The notes under the pieces were generated by a model. The model was not told the origin of the DNA, did no database searches, and saw only the letters and a program-made list of their open reading frames with translations. A DNA stretch of 64,000 bases from NCBI RefSeq assembly GCF_009914755.1, contig NC_060930.1, one strand, 5' to 3'. How positions within the stretch are numbered: the first letter of the stretch is position 1; each line of letters starts with the position of its first letter. The position numbers and the translations under genes were made by a program. The DNA is from the human T2T-CHM13v2.0 reference genome, Homo sapiens. Shown piece after piece: positions 1 through 12,799 of the stretch.

Positions 1-44
1 TGCCCCTCCCAGCTACTGATCTTGGACATCAACTGTCTGAGTTG

Positions 45-177
45 CCCTGTTGCCCAGACTGGAATGCAGCGGTGTAATCAGAGCTCACCTGGGATCAAGT
101 GAACCTCCCACCTCAGTCTCCTGAATAGCTGCACCACAGGCATGCCACCATGCCTGGATAGTTTAAAACTTTTTGTA
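45..177 (-). mobile_element. Old Alu fragment (AluJ/FLAM-like)
   Basis: Antisense Alu right-arm motifs (gttgcccagactggaatgcag ... catgccaccatgcctgg); boundaries approximate. Confidence 0.7.
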
Positions 178-460
178 GGCCAGCTGCGGTGGCTCATGCC
201 TGTAACCCCAGCACTTTAGAAGGCTGAGGCAGGCGGATTGAGGTCAGGAGTTCGAGACCAGCCTCACCAACATGGTGAAACCCTATCTCTACTAAAAATA
301 CAAAAGTTAGGCCTGGTGCCTCCTACCTGTAATCCCAGCTGCTAGCAGAGGCTGAGGCAGGAGAATCACTTGAACCCAGCAAGCAGAGGTTGCAGTGAGT
401 TGAGATCATACGCAGTCCAACTTGGGAACCAAGACCAAAAACTCCAAAAAAAAAAAAAAA
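178..460 (+). mobile_element. AluS element, unusually G-depleted toward its 3' end
   Basis: ggccagctgcggtggctcatgcctgtaa start, central A-rich linker, poly(A) at about 446-461 followed by (CA)n. Confidence 0.9.
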
Positions 461-557
461 ACACAACCACACACACACACAGAAAAGACACACTCCAGGG
501 ACAGGGGCTCAGACTTTCCAAAGTCTTCGCAAACTTATGCTTTTCCAGGGCTGCTGG

Positions 558-2009
558 TGTGTCCAGAATTGGTCAGTGCCCGGTTTCACCGACTTCAAAA
601 ATGAAACCATGGGCCCTTAACAGTGAGTATTAAATTTCTTATAGGCGGCATGTCTGGAGCTTGCTCCTTCTAATGTTCCAATGTGTTCAGTTTTTTTCCT
701 TTTGGTGGATTATGTAGTCTTCCTTGCTCAGAAGTGAGGCTACTAACTTTCACAGTGAATGTTATAGCTCGTAAAACTGGCACGTCTGGAGTTATGTCTC
801 AGTGAATTTGTGGGCTCACTGGCTTCAGAAGTGAAGCCACAGACCTTCATAATGAGTGCTACAATTCACAAAAGCAGCACAGACCTAAAGACCAAGCAGA
901 AACAAGACGAGGGAGGAGGAGGAAGAGAAAAAGCTTCCACACAGCAAAAGTAGGTTACAGCTTATTACTACTGGAAGCTCAAGGCAGCCTGCTTTTATTC
1001 TCTCATCTGGCCCCACCCACATCCTGCTGATTGGTCCATTTTACAGAGAGCTGACTGGTCTGTTTTGACAGGGTGCTGATTGGTGCGTTTACAATCCCTG
1101 AGCTAGACACAAAAATTCTCCATGTCCCCGCTAGATTACCTAGATACAGAGTGTTGACTGATGTATTTACAAATCGTGAGCTAGTCACAGAGTGCCGATT
1201 GGTGTATTCACAATCCCTTAGCTAGACATAAAGATTCTCCAAGTCCCCAACAGATTAACTAGATACAGAGTGCCGATTGGTGCATTCACAAACCCTGAGC
1301 TAGACACAGGGTGCTGATTGGTGTGTTTACAAACCTTGAGCTAGAGACAGTGCTGATTGGTGTATTTACAATCCCTTAGCTAGACATAAAGGTACTCCAT
1401 AGTCCCACACCAGACTCAGGACCCAAGCTGGCTTCACCCAGTGGATCCTGCACTAGGGCCGCAAGCGGAGCTGCCTGCTGGTCCCGCGCTGTGCGCCTGC
1501 ACTTCTGCACTCCTCAGCCCTTGGGCAGTCGTATGGGATCTGGGCGCTCTGGAGCACGGAGTGGCGCTCGTCGGGGAGGCTTGGGCTGTTGGGGAGGCTT
1601 AGGCTTGGCGGGCTGCAAGTCCGGAGCCCTGCCCCGCGGGGAGGCAGCTAAGGCCCGGCGAGAAATACGAGTACAGCAGCTCCTGGTCTAGGTGCTAAGC
1701 CCCTCACTGCCCCGGACTTGCGAGCCGGCGGCTGCTCCGAGTGCGGAGCCCGCTGAGCCCACAACCCGCCCGGAACTCGCGCTGGCCCGCAAGCGCTGCA
1801 CGCAGCCCCGGTTCCCGCCCGGCTTGTCTCTCCACACCTCCCCGCAAGTTGAGGGAGCCGGCTCCGGCCTTGGCTAGCCCAGTAAGGGGCTCCCACAGTG
1901 CAGTGGTGGGCTGAAGTGCTTCTCAAGCGCTGCCAGAGTGGGCGCCCAGGCCCAGGAGGCGCTGAGAGCGAGCCAGGGCTGAGGGCTGTCAGCACGCTGT
2001 CACCTCTCA
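558..2009 (-). mobile_element. Solo ERV9 LTR (LTR12C-like)
   Basis: On the minus strand it begins TGAGAGGTGACAGCGTGCTG (2009) and ends AATTCTGGACACA (558). 4-bp target-site duplication CTGG at 554-557 and 2010-2013; CpG-rich 5' U3; tandem U3 repeats with CCAAT boxes. Confidence 0.95.
960..1400 (-). promoter_or_regulatory. LTR12 core promoter/enhancer, firing leftward
   Basis: Six CCAAT (NF-Y) boxes (GATTGG on +) between 1029 and 1360; TATA-like AATAAAA on minus at 993-999; start site predicted near 965. Confidence 0.75.
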
Positions 2010-2598
2010 CTGGTACAGCCCCCTTATCTCCAGGCTTTTTCCCTTCTCACCCGTTTCGCGTGCCTTTTAAGATGCGGGATCTTTCTTCTACCTGACTTCA
2101 GACTTGGTGACCTCTTTGTTAATCCAAGTCCTTGATCTCAGGAAACCCCCAAGATCTCCATTCACTCTACTCATCCCAGGCTTAGGTACCTGACCCCTCA
2201 GTGCCAGCTGTGTGACTGTTTCCTGAATCCTACTTCCAGTCTGTGGTCTCATGTTGCTTCTACCGTGCTTTAAAGGACTGCCAATGTGTGAAGCTTTTTG
2301 TATTTGATGTGTTAATGAGGTTGTGAGTTTTATTCTTTGCTCAGCCAAATGAATTTGTAAAGAGAATTATGTATTAGAGAATTTGTAAAGAGGATTATAC
2401 ACATATATATATGAAATCCACATATATATAATCCATGTATATATACATATGATCCATAAATAATCTGTATATATATGTTTAATGAGTAACAACTATCTAT
2501 TGATGAAAATGGTGGAAGTTATGTAAGATGACTTGTAAGGAGCATCCCTTCCCTGGGAGAAATCAGCACTGAATGTCTCCTGGGAGGTAGCACATTTT

Positions 2599-2640
2599 GA
2601 TGCTGCTGCTGCTGATGATGATGATGGAGAAGAGGAAGAT
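2599..2640. repeat. (GCT)n/(GAT)n trinucleotide microsatellite
   Basis: gatgctgctgctgctgatgatgatgatgg. Confidence 0.8.
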
Positions 2641-2727
2641 AAGCATCTCCATTGCTTTTTATGTGCTAGGTACATAGTCTCATTTGCTCTCACGTTAATC
2701 CAGGAAACTAGGCACTGTTTTGGTCCC

Positions 2728-3117
2728 TGTATTAGCTAGCTTGGGCTGCCATAACAAAATACCACAGACTGCATGGCTTAAACAACAGAAATTTATTTTC
2801 TCATAGTCTGGAGCTGGAAGTCCAAGATCAAGTTACCAGCAGGGTTAGTTCCTGGTGAAGGCTCTCTTCCTAGCCTGCAGACGGCCATCTTCTCACTGTG
2901 TCCCCACATGACCTTTCCTCTGTGACATGCTCCTGGTGTCTCTTCCTCTTCTTAGAAAAACACCAGTCCTATTGGATTAGGGCCATGCCCTTATAACCTC
3001 ATTTTACCTTAATTACCTCTTTACAGACCCTATCTCCAAGTACAGTAACAGTCTGAGTTACTGGGAGTTGGGACTTCAACAGATGAAATTTGGGAGGACA
3101 CAGTTCAGTCCGTAACA
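2728..3117 (-). mobile_element. MaLR solo LTR (MLT1A/B-like) inserted in a MIR
   Basis: TGTATTAG...GGGCTGCCATAACAAAATACCACAGACTG ... CAGTCCGTAACA; near-perfect 5-bp TSD gtccc/gtcca. Confidence 0.85.
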
Positions 3118-3764
3118 GTCCATCTCTTAGGAATGATGAAACTAGACTGAGATGAGATATACACCTTGCCTAAGATGATAGTAAAGACCAAAGAACAGGA
3201 ATTTGAAGCCAAATTTGCTCTCATGGCCTCTTAGCCACCAGACCACCCTGCCACAGGCATCAGAACAGAGCAGCTCCACAAAGTGGGCAGGAATAGCACA
3301 CACTACCTGCCACTGCCATTCTGACTGGGGAAGAAGGAGTGCTTCCTGGCTTCTCTGGACCTGAGCTCTCACAGTCCAGCCTTACGCTCTTGAGATAGGA
3401 GCTCTGAGCTTTTGAAATAGTCCTTGCAAACCCATGCTTTGCTAGTGCAGGAAAGATGCTGTTTGCTGATGTCTTAATGAAACACAACCTAAGCATTGAT
3501 TACTGTTTACGTGCGGACATGTGTCAGGAAGAAAAGGCATTAAAACTCTTGTGGGGGAAGCCTGTCCAAGGTGGAAATGAGCCCAAGATTCCCAGTATTA
3601 ATCTGATGCCCCAGGTGTTTGTCAACTTTAGTTTATCTGGAGAGTGGAACATTTGTGTTGGTGTTTCTATCCAAATCTTTCCAGGCCCAAAGGCTCAACA
3701 TTTTTTTTTTGTGGAGACTTCCCCAATCTCTGGGGTTCTCAACTGCTCTTGAGTTCTTTTAAAG

Positions 3765-4135
3765 GAGGGGTCCCCAATCCCTGGGCCACAGGCAGGTACC
3801 AGTCTGTGGCTTGTTAGGAACCAGGCACACAGCGGGAGGTGAGTGGCAGGTTTGCGAGCATTACCACCTAAGCTCCACCGCCTGTCAGATCAGTGGTGGT
3901 ATTAGATTCTCACAGGAGCATTAACCCTATTTTGAACTGCACATGCAAGGGGTCTAGGTTGCACATGCCTTATGAAAACATAATGCCTGATCATCTGCGG
4001 TGGAACAGTTTTATCCCAAAACCATCCCTGCCCTCATCCATCCTCATCTGTGGAAGTCCCAACTCCCAGTAACTCATCCATGGAATGTCTTCCACGAAAA
4101 CCAGTCCCTGGTGCCAAAAAGGCTGAGGACCACTA
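3765..4135. mobile_element. MER1-type hAT-Charlie DNA transposon
   Basis: Terminal motifs aggggtccccaa ... aaaaaggctgaggaccacta; flanks resemble an 8-bp cttttaa(a)g TSD. Confidence 0.8.
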
Positions 4136-4451
4136 CTTTTAAGACCCTCTGTCCAGGCCCCACCTTCAGATGCTGACCACCCAGTGCCTTAGACTTCATT
4201 TGTTCATCTGTGTTAAATTGAAGGCTTTTTTTTTTTTTAAACGAGGGGCTCTGGGCTTGCAATGTGTTCTTGTGAAATGAATGAATGAATGAACAAATGG
4301 CTTTAGAAATCAGACAATTATATTTCCCTAAAGTTTTTGAAAGATTCCATAAAATAAAAAGACTATTTGGAAGCACAAAACCAGGGAAAATTGCCTTGGT
4401 TTCTCATTACCTACTGGCAGGGGTTGCTCAGAGCTGAGCGGTATAGAATAG

Positions 4452-4859
<408 letters not shown>

Positions 4860-5066
4860 TAAGGAAATCAGGGCTTCCAGAAGTTAAGTGAGGTTTGCGG
4901 ACACTTTATTGTTGGGCACAAACTCAACAAGTCTGACTCCAGTGTAACTGGTAACTCCCATGCCAACATGGAATTCAGAGCCTCTAGTGGTGGGATTTCT
5001 TGCAGGCCCTGTCATCCCTGGGCTGAGGTTCTTGTGGAAGGTCAAGGTGGCTGGGTGGAACTTGGC

Positions 5067-5197
5067 AGTGTGGTCAATCAACAGCGCATGGGCATTGAAA
5101 TTAGGATACTTAGATTCAAAACAGATCTCTCACTTTCTGATTTAGGGCAAGTTACTTGACTTCACCTGCCTCCATTTTCTCAATTGTAACGTGGAAC
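5067..5197 (+). mobile_element. MIR, interrupted by the LTR12 insertion
   Basis: ttagggcaagttacttgacttcacctgcctccattttctcaattgtaa core; appears to resume as gttgtgaaaact after 6487. Confidence 0.6.
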
Positions 5198-6487
5198 CGA
5201 GAAATGACAATGTGCCAGCAGCCCTCCCTCGCTCTCGGCGCCTACTCTGGCCGTGCTTGAGGAGCCCTTCAGCCTACCGCTGCGCTGTGGGAACCGCTCT
5301 CTGGGGTTGGCCCAGGCTGGAGCCAGCTCCTTTGCTCGCAGGGAGTGTGGAGGGAGAGCCGCGGGCGGGAGCCGGGGCTGCGCGCGGCGCTCGTGGCCGG
5401 CGCGCGGTCTCGGCGGTCGCCGAACTTCAGTCAACTGACGTCTGCTGGGCTTGACTAGGGAAAAAGCTCCCTCTGGGCTGCCAGAGTGCCCGAATTGGGT
5501 GCTGTAAAGTGCCCCAGCGCCTGCCGGTAAGAGGTGAAACCGGCTGGGTTTCTGGGAGGGGTGCGAACTTGGAGAACTTTTGTGTCTAGCTAAAGGATTG
5601 TAAACTCACCAATCAGCATTCTCTGTGTCTAGCTAAAGGTTTGTAAATGTACCAATCAACACTCTGTGTCTCGCTAATCTTGTGAGGACTTGGAGAACTT
5701 TTGTGTCTAGCTAAAGGATTGTAAACGCACCAGTGAGCACTCTGTGTCTAGCTAAAGGTTTGTAAACACACCAATCAGCACCCTGTCAAAAATGGACCAA
5801 TCAGCATTCTGTAAAATGGACCAATCAGCACTCTGTAAAATGGACCAATCAGTTCTCTGTAAAATGGACCAATCAGCAGGATGTGGGTGGGGTCAGATAA
5901 GGGAATAAAAGCAGGCTGCCTGAATCAATAAGGATAACTGGTTTACGTCTGTTCTTTGTGTTGCTATAGACTTGTTGTTTGGGTTTGGGTTATCTTTTTG
6001 ATCTGCAGGACTAATAGTAAAAGTCTATAGCTTCAGTTATAGACTAAGATTGCTACTCTGCCAGAAATAGTGAATAAAGAATCAACTGGGTGGGATGAAT
6101 CACGGTAGGTGTTCTATGCTTAAGAGCTGGGAGGTTTACCACCTCTGTCTGTAGCTTTGGTCGTCAAAGCAGCGGGATTCTGAAAAAAAGCTGTAGCACT
6201 CTGGGAAAGTAGGTAGCTTCAGTTTTTAAGTTAGTGAGATTAGGAAGGTGTGTAATGCTCCCAGTCCACTCAATGTGAAGATCTGTAACGTCATTCCTGA
6301 AGTCAGTAAGAGCACGAACCCACTATAGAAAAGAAACAAAAGAGGCAAACCCACCAGAGAGAAGAAACTTTGAGCACATCTCAACAGAAGAAATAAACTG
6401 GGGTCACATGTTTAACAATTGTAATTCTGTGAGGGTCCACAGCTTCATGCTTGAAGTCAGACTGAGAACCCACTAATTCCACACGCA
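5198..6487 (+). mobile_element. Solo ERV9 LTR (LTR12B/LTR12-like)
   Basis: Begins cgagaaatgacaatgtgccagcagccctc; CpG-rich U3; internal gagaggtgaaaccggctggg LTR12 core at about 5527; tandem tgtgtctagctaaagg and CCAAT repeats; ends cactaattccacacgca. No clean TSD. Confidence 0.92.
5575..5940 (+). promoter_or_regulatory. LTR12 core promoter firing toward GCNT2
   Basis: Seven CCAAT boxes 5609-5873, GT-box/GATA (gggtggggtcagataa), TATA-like AATAAAA 5904-5910; start site predicted at about 5930. Confidence 0.75.
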
Positions 6488-6506
6488 GTTGTGAAAACTA
6501 TAGAGG

Positions 6507-7078
6507 ATTTTTTTTTTCTTTTGACAGTTTCACTTGTGCTGCCCAGGCTGGAGTGCAGTGGCACTATCTTGGCACACTGTGGCTTATGTCTCGGGTTCAA
6601 GCGATTCTGCTGTCTCAGCCTCCCAAGTAGGGATTACAGGTATGTGCTACTAGGCCCAGCCAAATTATTTACTGATCATTTTTGGTTTTGTTGCCCAGGC
6701 TGGAGTGCAGTGGTGTCATCTGTGTACTGCAATCTTTGCCTCCCGGGGTCAAGTGGCTTGCCTCTCTCGGCCTCCTGAGTAGCTGGGACTGTAGGCACCC
6801 ACTACCACACTTGGCTAATTTTTTTGTATTTTTAGTAGAGATGGGATTTCTCAACATTGGCCAGGATGTTGTTGATTTCCTGACCTTGTGATCTGCCCAC
6901 CTCAGTCTCCCAGAGTGCTGGGATTACAGGAGTGACACACTCTGCCTGGCCTATTTTTCTATTTTTAATAAAGATTTTCACCATGTTGGCCAGGCTGGTC
7001 TCGATCTGACCTCAGGTGATCTGCCTGCCTTGGCCTCCGAAAGTGCTGGGGTTACAGGTATGAGCCATTGTGCCTGGT
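6507..7078 (-). mobile_element. Nested antisense Alus, C-depleted on the + strand
   Basis: Alu right arm, an inserted full Alu (about 6679-6951), then the left arm of the host. Confidence 0.85.
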
Positions 7079-7437
7079 AAATAAGTTTATGTACCAGTGC
7101 TGCATCCATGTCATGTGAGCTGGTGTCTTCACCTCCATATAAATATGTTTACATGCTTTTGGAAAGAATGAAAATCTGTGGATGACGACTAAAAATGAGG
7201 AACGGCGGAAAAAAAGTCCTGAAGTTTAAATGGACCCGTTTTCTCTAGTGGTGCTTGAAACGAACTGGTTACGGGGGTCAAAAACATGATTCATCGCACC
7301 AGGGTGGTCTTTGGTAGCTCTGAGTGGCCACCGTGAGTTCAGTCTTAGTCTTGAATGCAATAGATAATCCTTATCAATTCCAATGAGCCAGTTAAACGGA
7401 TTTCATGGAACTCTGCAATGGATTACTAAAATGTTCA

Positions 7438-7740
7438 CGGCGGGGCGCCGTGGCTGAAGCGTGTAATCCCAGCGCTTTGGGAGACTGAGGCAGGCAGATA
7501 ACCTGAGGTCAAGAATTCAAGACCAGCCTGGGCAACATGGTGAAACTGTACTAAAAATACAGAAGTTAGCCAGGCATGGTGATGCACACCTATAATCCAA
7601 GCTACTTGGGTGGCTGAGGCAGGAGAATTGCTTGAACCCAGGAGGGGGGAGGCAGAGGTTGCAGTCAGCTGAGATCATGCCATTGCACTCCAGCCTGGGA
7701 GACAGAGCGAGACTCCGTCTCTCTCTCTCACACACACACA
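7438..7740 (+). mobile_element. AluS with (CT)n(CA)n tail
   Basis: Full dimer; tail ctctctctcacacacacaca. Confidence 0.9.
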
Positions 7741-8079
7741 AGTTCACATTGATCCCGGAGCATTAGGACCTTGGTTTCCTACTGCTGTGTGGATGGATGA
7801 GACCTCAGCTGGCATCTGAGAACCCTGGGGAGGGGAAAGAATCAAAACCAGATATACCTGCACCCAACTCCCAGGGCCTCACCTTCTCAAAACATCAACC
7901 ACTGTCGCCTTATAGTGCAAAAAGCATTGTTGAGTGAAGTGCATGCACAAGTTTGATCGTGCCCCAAGTGCAAACTTGCCTTGAGAAAAATGTCATTTCC
8001 ACGTCCCCCTCTTAAACATTAAGAGACCGTCTCCTACCTCTTAGGTCTGGGCAGCCTACCCCAGAATCTTGGCTCTCCC

Positions 8080-8540
8080 TCTCTGCCCGAATCGAAATCA
8101 GAGATTTGAAAAAGTCTGGCAAAAGGTTTTTGAAAGGTCACCAGGCCATTTCTTTGCTACCTTTAGTGGTGGTAGCATTTATCTTACCATAGACGTCAAG
8201 TCAAAAAAAAGTTCCGCAGACATTTGCGTCAGTAAAGCAAAGAGACTGGGCCTGGCTCCGCGGGACTCAGTGGTGCCCGCTGGCCCTGCCAGCTCTGCTG
8301 AGTCTGTGAGGACTGGAAGGCTTTGGAGCTGCTGCGCCGACTCCGACGTGGAAAAAGCATGTAGTCGGGGCAGCGCCTGTTTCCACAAGGAACGCAAAAA
8401 GGTGGCGTCAAGGATTACGGTCCCCCTTGCAGTAAAGTAACTGGGCAGGAAGGCGACAAAGGTACTGCGGCTCCGAACCACAGTGGGTAACAAGGGAAAC
8501 CTGCTCAGACCTGTGTGTGCATCGCCAATGTCGGATTTTG
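8080..8540. promoter_or_regulatory. Non-repetitive CpG-retaining segment, candidate enhancer or promoter
   Basis: Many CpGs relative to flanks; CRE-like GACGTCA, TGCGTCA and GGCGTCA; TAACTG at about 8438. Confidence 0.35.
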
Positions 8541-9029
8541 GTTTGGTTTTGTTTTTTTACTTTTAAAAAGATATAAAGTCTTTGGTTCTTTGCATGAAAA
8601 CATTAGTAGTGGGATGGGAAATTTATTTGGATGAAGTTCAGTAGTTACTCAAGTGATAGTCGCTCTTCCTGGGAGGATCTTAGTGATCATTAAGGTCCGG
8701 GCCACCCTTAATAAGTGCCTGTTAACAGCAGCAGTCATTGATTTTTGAAAGTGTGTGGTCGGCAGCAGAAAGCCTGGTACAGCCTTGCTTCTACCGTTTT
8801 CTCGGTTGTTTTGGAATCGCCTTTGCAAAAGCCATGCACGGCTATAGTTCTGTGATAGCACCCAGGGCTCATGGTCTCTCTCTGCTGTGTACCAAATGCG
8901 TCGAACTAGCGCTGAGGACTTCTTGCAGGGGATGTCTGTTTAACAGCGGTCATTTCTGCTTCCCTGGCGGTGAAAGCAGGAAACACCTGGAATCCTTAGA
9001 TTCTGAAAACTTCATGTTACTCTCTGGAA

Positions 9030-9082
9030 TATGTGCGTGCATGTGTGTGTGTGCATGCGTGTGCATGCGTGCGTGCATGTGT
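9030..9082. repeat. Alternating purine-pyrimidine (TG/TGCA/CG)n tract
   Basis: atgtgcgtgcatgtgtgtgtgtgcatgcgtgtgcatgcgtgcgtgcatgtgt. Confidence 0.85.
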
Positions 9083-9189
9083 ATAAGTATGATCTGCTCT
9101 AGTGCATTCTCTCAAGTGATTTTTTTAAACTGTATGATTTATTGCCTACTTTGTAAATGCAACAGGCTTACACAGCAGTTGGTCCATAA

Positions 9190-9542
<353 letters not shown>

Positions 9543-10299
9543 CCAAAATTGCTCTTATTTGGATCGGGAAAGTCTGTCTACTGTTCTCTGAGGGGCAACT
9601 AACTATTAGTATTCATTACCATACAGTAATGTTGTTTGTGAAACAAAACCAAACAAATTTTTAAAAAGCAAAATAAAAGCTCTGTGAAGTTATAATGTGA
9701 GGCTGGTAGGATTTTACGGGAAAGGTGTAGTATTCTGGAAAATTCTGAGATTGCACCACTAATGCCTGGCTAAGGAAGGAGTTTGCTGAGAGAAAACTCT
9801 TTAAGTTGTGTCCGTCTGTCAATTCATCCATTCATCCATCTAGCTATCACCTCAGCTCCTCTGAGTTCAGAATCTTGCTGAAGTTCATACAGTTAACACT
9901 CAGGAACCAGGACTCTGCTCTTCTCACCAGTGGGGCAGCCCAATTAGCAGACTTTTGGCCCTGTATCCCAAATTTTTCTGGAGTGTTATTGAATCAGATT
10001 ATGAAGAGATGCCACAATTAAGGAACATTGACCCTTATTTTCTGTGTAAGGTCAATTTTCTACTTGGAGGGAGGTTAATGCTTAAGCTCCTCTAACAAAG
10101 TATTAAACATAACCCAGCTGGTGCTCTGTGGACTCAGGGCTTGTGCTGGAGACCTGGCTGCAGGGCCACAGGCTCCATAGCGATACAAGGGTGGTCTGAA
10201 AGGCAGGCTGTGCCCACCACGCCCCTAAATATCTCTTCCTAAGCAAAAACGGACCACGCTCTGCTTTTGCCTGAGTAAGGGCTGCTGATTAGGTTTTTT

Positions 10300-10975
10300 T
10301 AAAAAAAATTTATTTTGGAATTTTTTTAAATGTACAAGAAATTTGCAAAGGTAGTACCGAATCCCTATATACCCATTGTCCAATTTTAGTTGCTGCTAAT
10401 ATTATCAACTCATATTACATTTGTGGTACATTTGTCAAAACTAAGAAATTAGCACTGATGCATTATACTAACTCAACCCCAGACTTTATTCTGATTTCAC
10501 TAGTTTTTCCATTCAGGTTGCTTTTTGTTCCAGGATCCAGCCCATATTACACGTTGTGTTTGGTTGTTGTACCTCCTTAGTCTTTTCTGCTCTATGACAG
10601 TTTCTGTCTTACCTTGTTTTTCGTGACCTTGACAGTTTGGAGGAATACTAGCCAGGTATTTTTTCAAATGGTCCTCAATTTGGGTTTGTTCGATGCATTT
10701 TTCTCATGCTTAGACTGCAGTTGTGAGTTCTGGGGGGAAAGAATACCACAGAGTTGTAAAACGCCCTTCTCATCATGCCAAATCGGGGGTACAGTAGACA
10801 CAGGATGTCGCTGAGGGGTTATCTTTGATCCCTCGGTCAAGATAATGTTTTCCAGGCTTCTCCACAGTAAAGTGACCCCTTTTCTCTTTCCATACCCCAT
10901 TCTTTGGATGTGAGTTATGAAATCAGTGTACCCTCAGGGGTGGGGGGATTAAACTCTACCACCTGGGGGAAAAGT
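10300..10975 (-). mobile_element. Old L1 (L1MC-like) 3' fragment
   Basis: Typical L1MC 3'-UTR motifs (tttgcaaaggtagtac; tgttccaggatcc; tgaccttgacagtttggaggaatactagccagg). Confidence 0.65.
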
Positions 10976-11403
10976 GTTAGATTGTTTTTTGAGAACTGGG
11001 GATCACCTGGCTCCATCCTCCCCTGTTTATAATTTGCCATTTCATTGTATTGTGAGGGAGAATGTGTCCATCCTTTCATAGCTAACTTAGCAGTTAAATT
11101 TTGTCCTGGGCACTGTGGATGTAGGACGTAGAGGTGAACAGGAAATAGACCAGTGGAAAAGACGTGGAGGGCAAGGCCGATGTAATAAAGTTTAAATACA
11201 GCTCATGCATAAAATCACAGTGGGACCTGGTTTGGATTTAAGCTTTTTCATCTAAAAACTTGGGATAATAATAGCTTCCTCTTGAGTAATTGTGAGAATT
11301 AAGTTGGACAGTGAATGCGGAAGGACTAAACATAGTGTTTGATATGTAGTAGCTGCTCAATAAATGTTAGTTGTCTTCCTTCAAGAAGAAAATGATGGAC
11401 CCA

Positions 11404-11705
11404 GGCCGGGCACAGTGGTTCACGGCTGTGATCCCAGCACTCTGGGAGGCCGAGACGGGCAGATCACGAGGTCAGGAGTTCGAGACTAGCCTGGCCAACA
11501 TGGTGAAACCTCGTCTCTACTAAAAATACAAAAATAATTGGACGTGGTGGTGGGCACCTGTAATCCCAGCACTCGGGAGGCTGAGGCAGGAGAATCATTT
11601 GAACCCGGTGGCAGAGTTTGCAGTAAGCCTAGATTGCACCATTGTACTCCAGCCTGGGTGACAGTGCGAAACTACATCTTGAAAAAAAAAAAAAAAGAAA
11701 AAAAT
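11404..11705 (+). mobile_element. AluS flanked by MIR relics
   Basis: Full dimer with poly(A); MIR cores at about 11170-11375 and 11727-11960. Confidence 0.88.
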
Positions 11706-12065
11706 AACATGATGGACCTTTGCTGCTAACAGCATGGATTCTGGCACCAAACTGCCTGCTTTTGAGACGTGGTTCTATGGCTTCAAGCCTGTGTGACCTT
11801 GGGAGAGTTAATCAACTTCTCAGTGCCTCATATTTTTCTTGGGTAAAAGGAGGATAATAATAGTATCCCTCTCATAGGGTTGCTGTGAGTATGATTCATT
11901 GTATGTAAAGAGCACAGAACAGCGCATGGCACATTGTGTGTTACAAGTGTTTGCAAATATTCCATATCATTCCATTCATTCATATCTTAGGCAGTACAAT
12001 ATGCATTAATTTGGTATTTAACCATTCTATTGAATTCAATAGATTAGAATTCAGTTATTCAATAG

Positions 12066-12389
<324 letters not shown>

Positions 12390-12426
12390 TAGATTTTAAT
12401 TTACTAATGTAATAACCATTCTATAG

Positions 12427-12729
<303 letters not shown>

Positions 12730-12799
12730 CATTCTATAGAATTTAATGGATATAGATTACTATACCAATTTAATTTTTTCTTTCTCCCATATTCCACCC

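Noticed and set aside
558-990. APOBEC3-type retroviral editing as the cause of R/U5 divergence
   Set aside because: That gives G>A on the retroviral sense strand. Here the sense strand loses C, and the effect continues into flanking Alus outside the LTR.
1020-1400. Regularly spaced repeats resembling a CRISPR-like array (also 5575-5880)
   Set aside because: These are the normal tandem U3 enhancer units of LTR12; there are no unique spacers and the context is eukaryotic.
1491-2095. GC-rich ORFs in LTR U3 (also 5180-5454)
   Set aside because: Stop-poor GC-rich LTR sequence, non-ATG starts, no recognisable protein.
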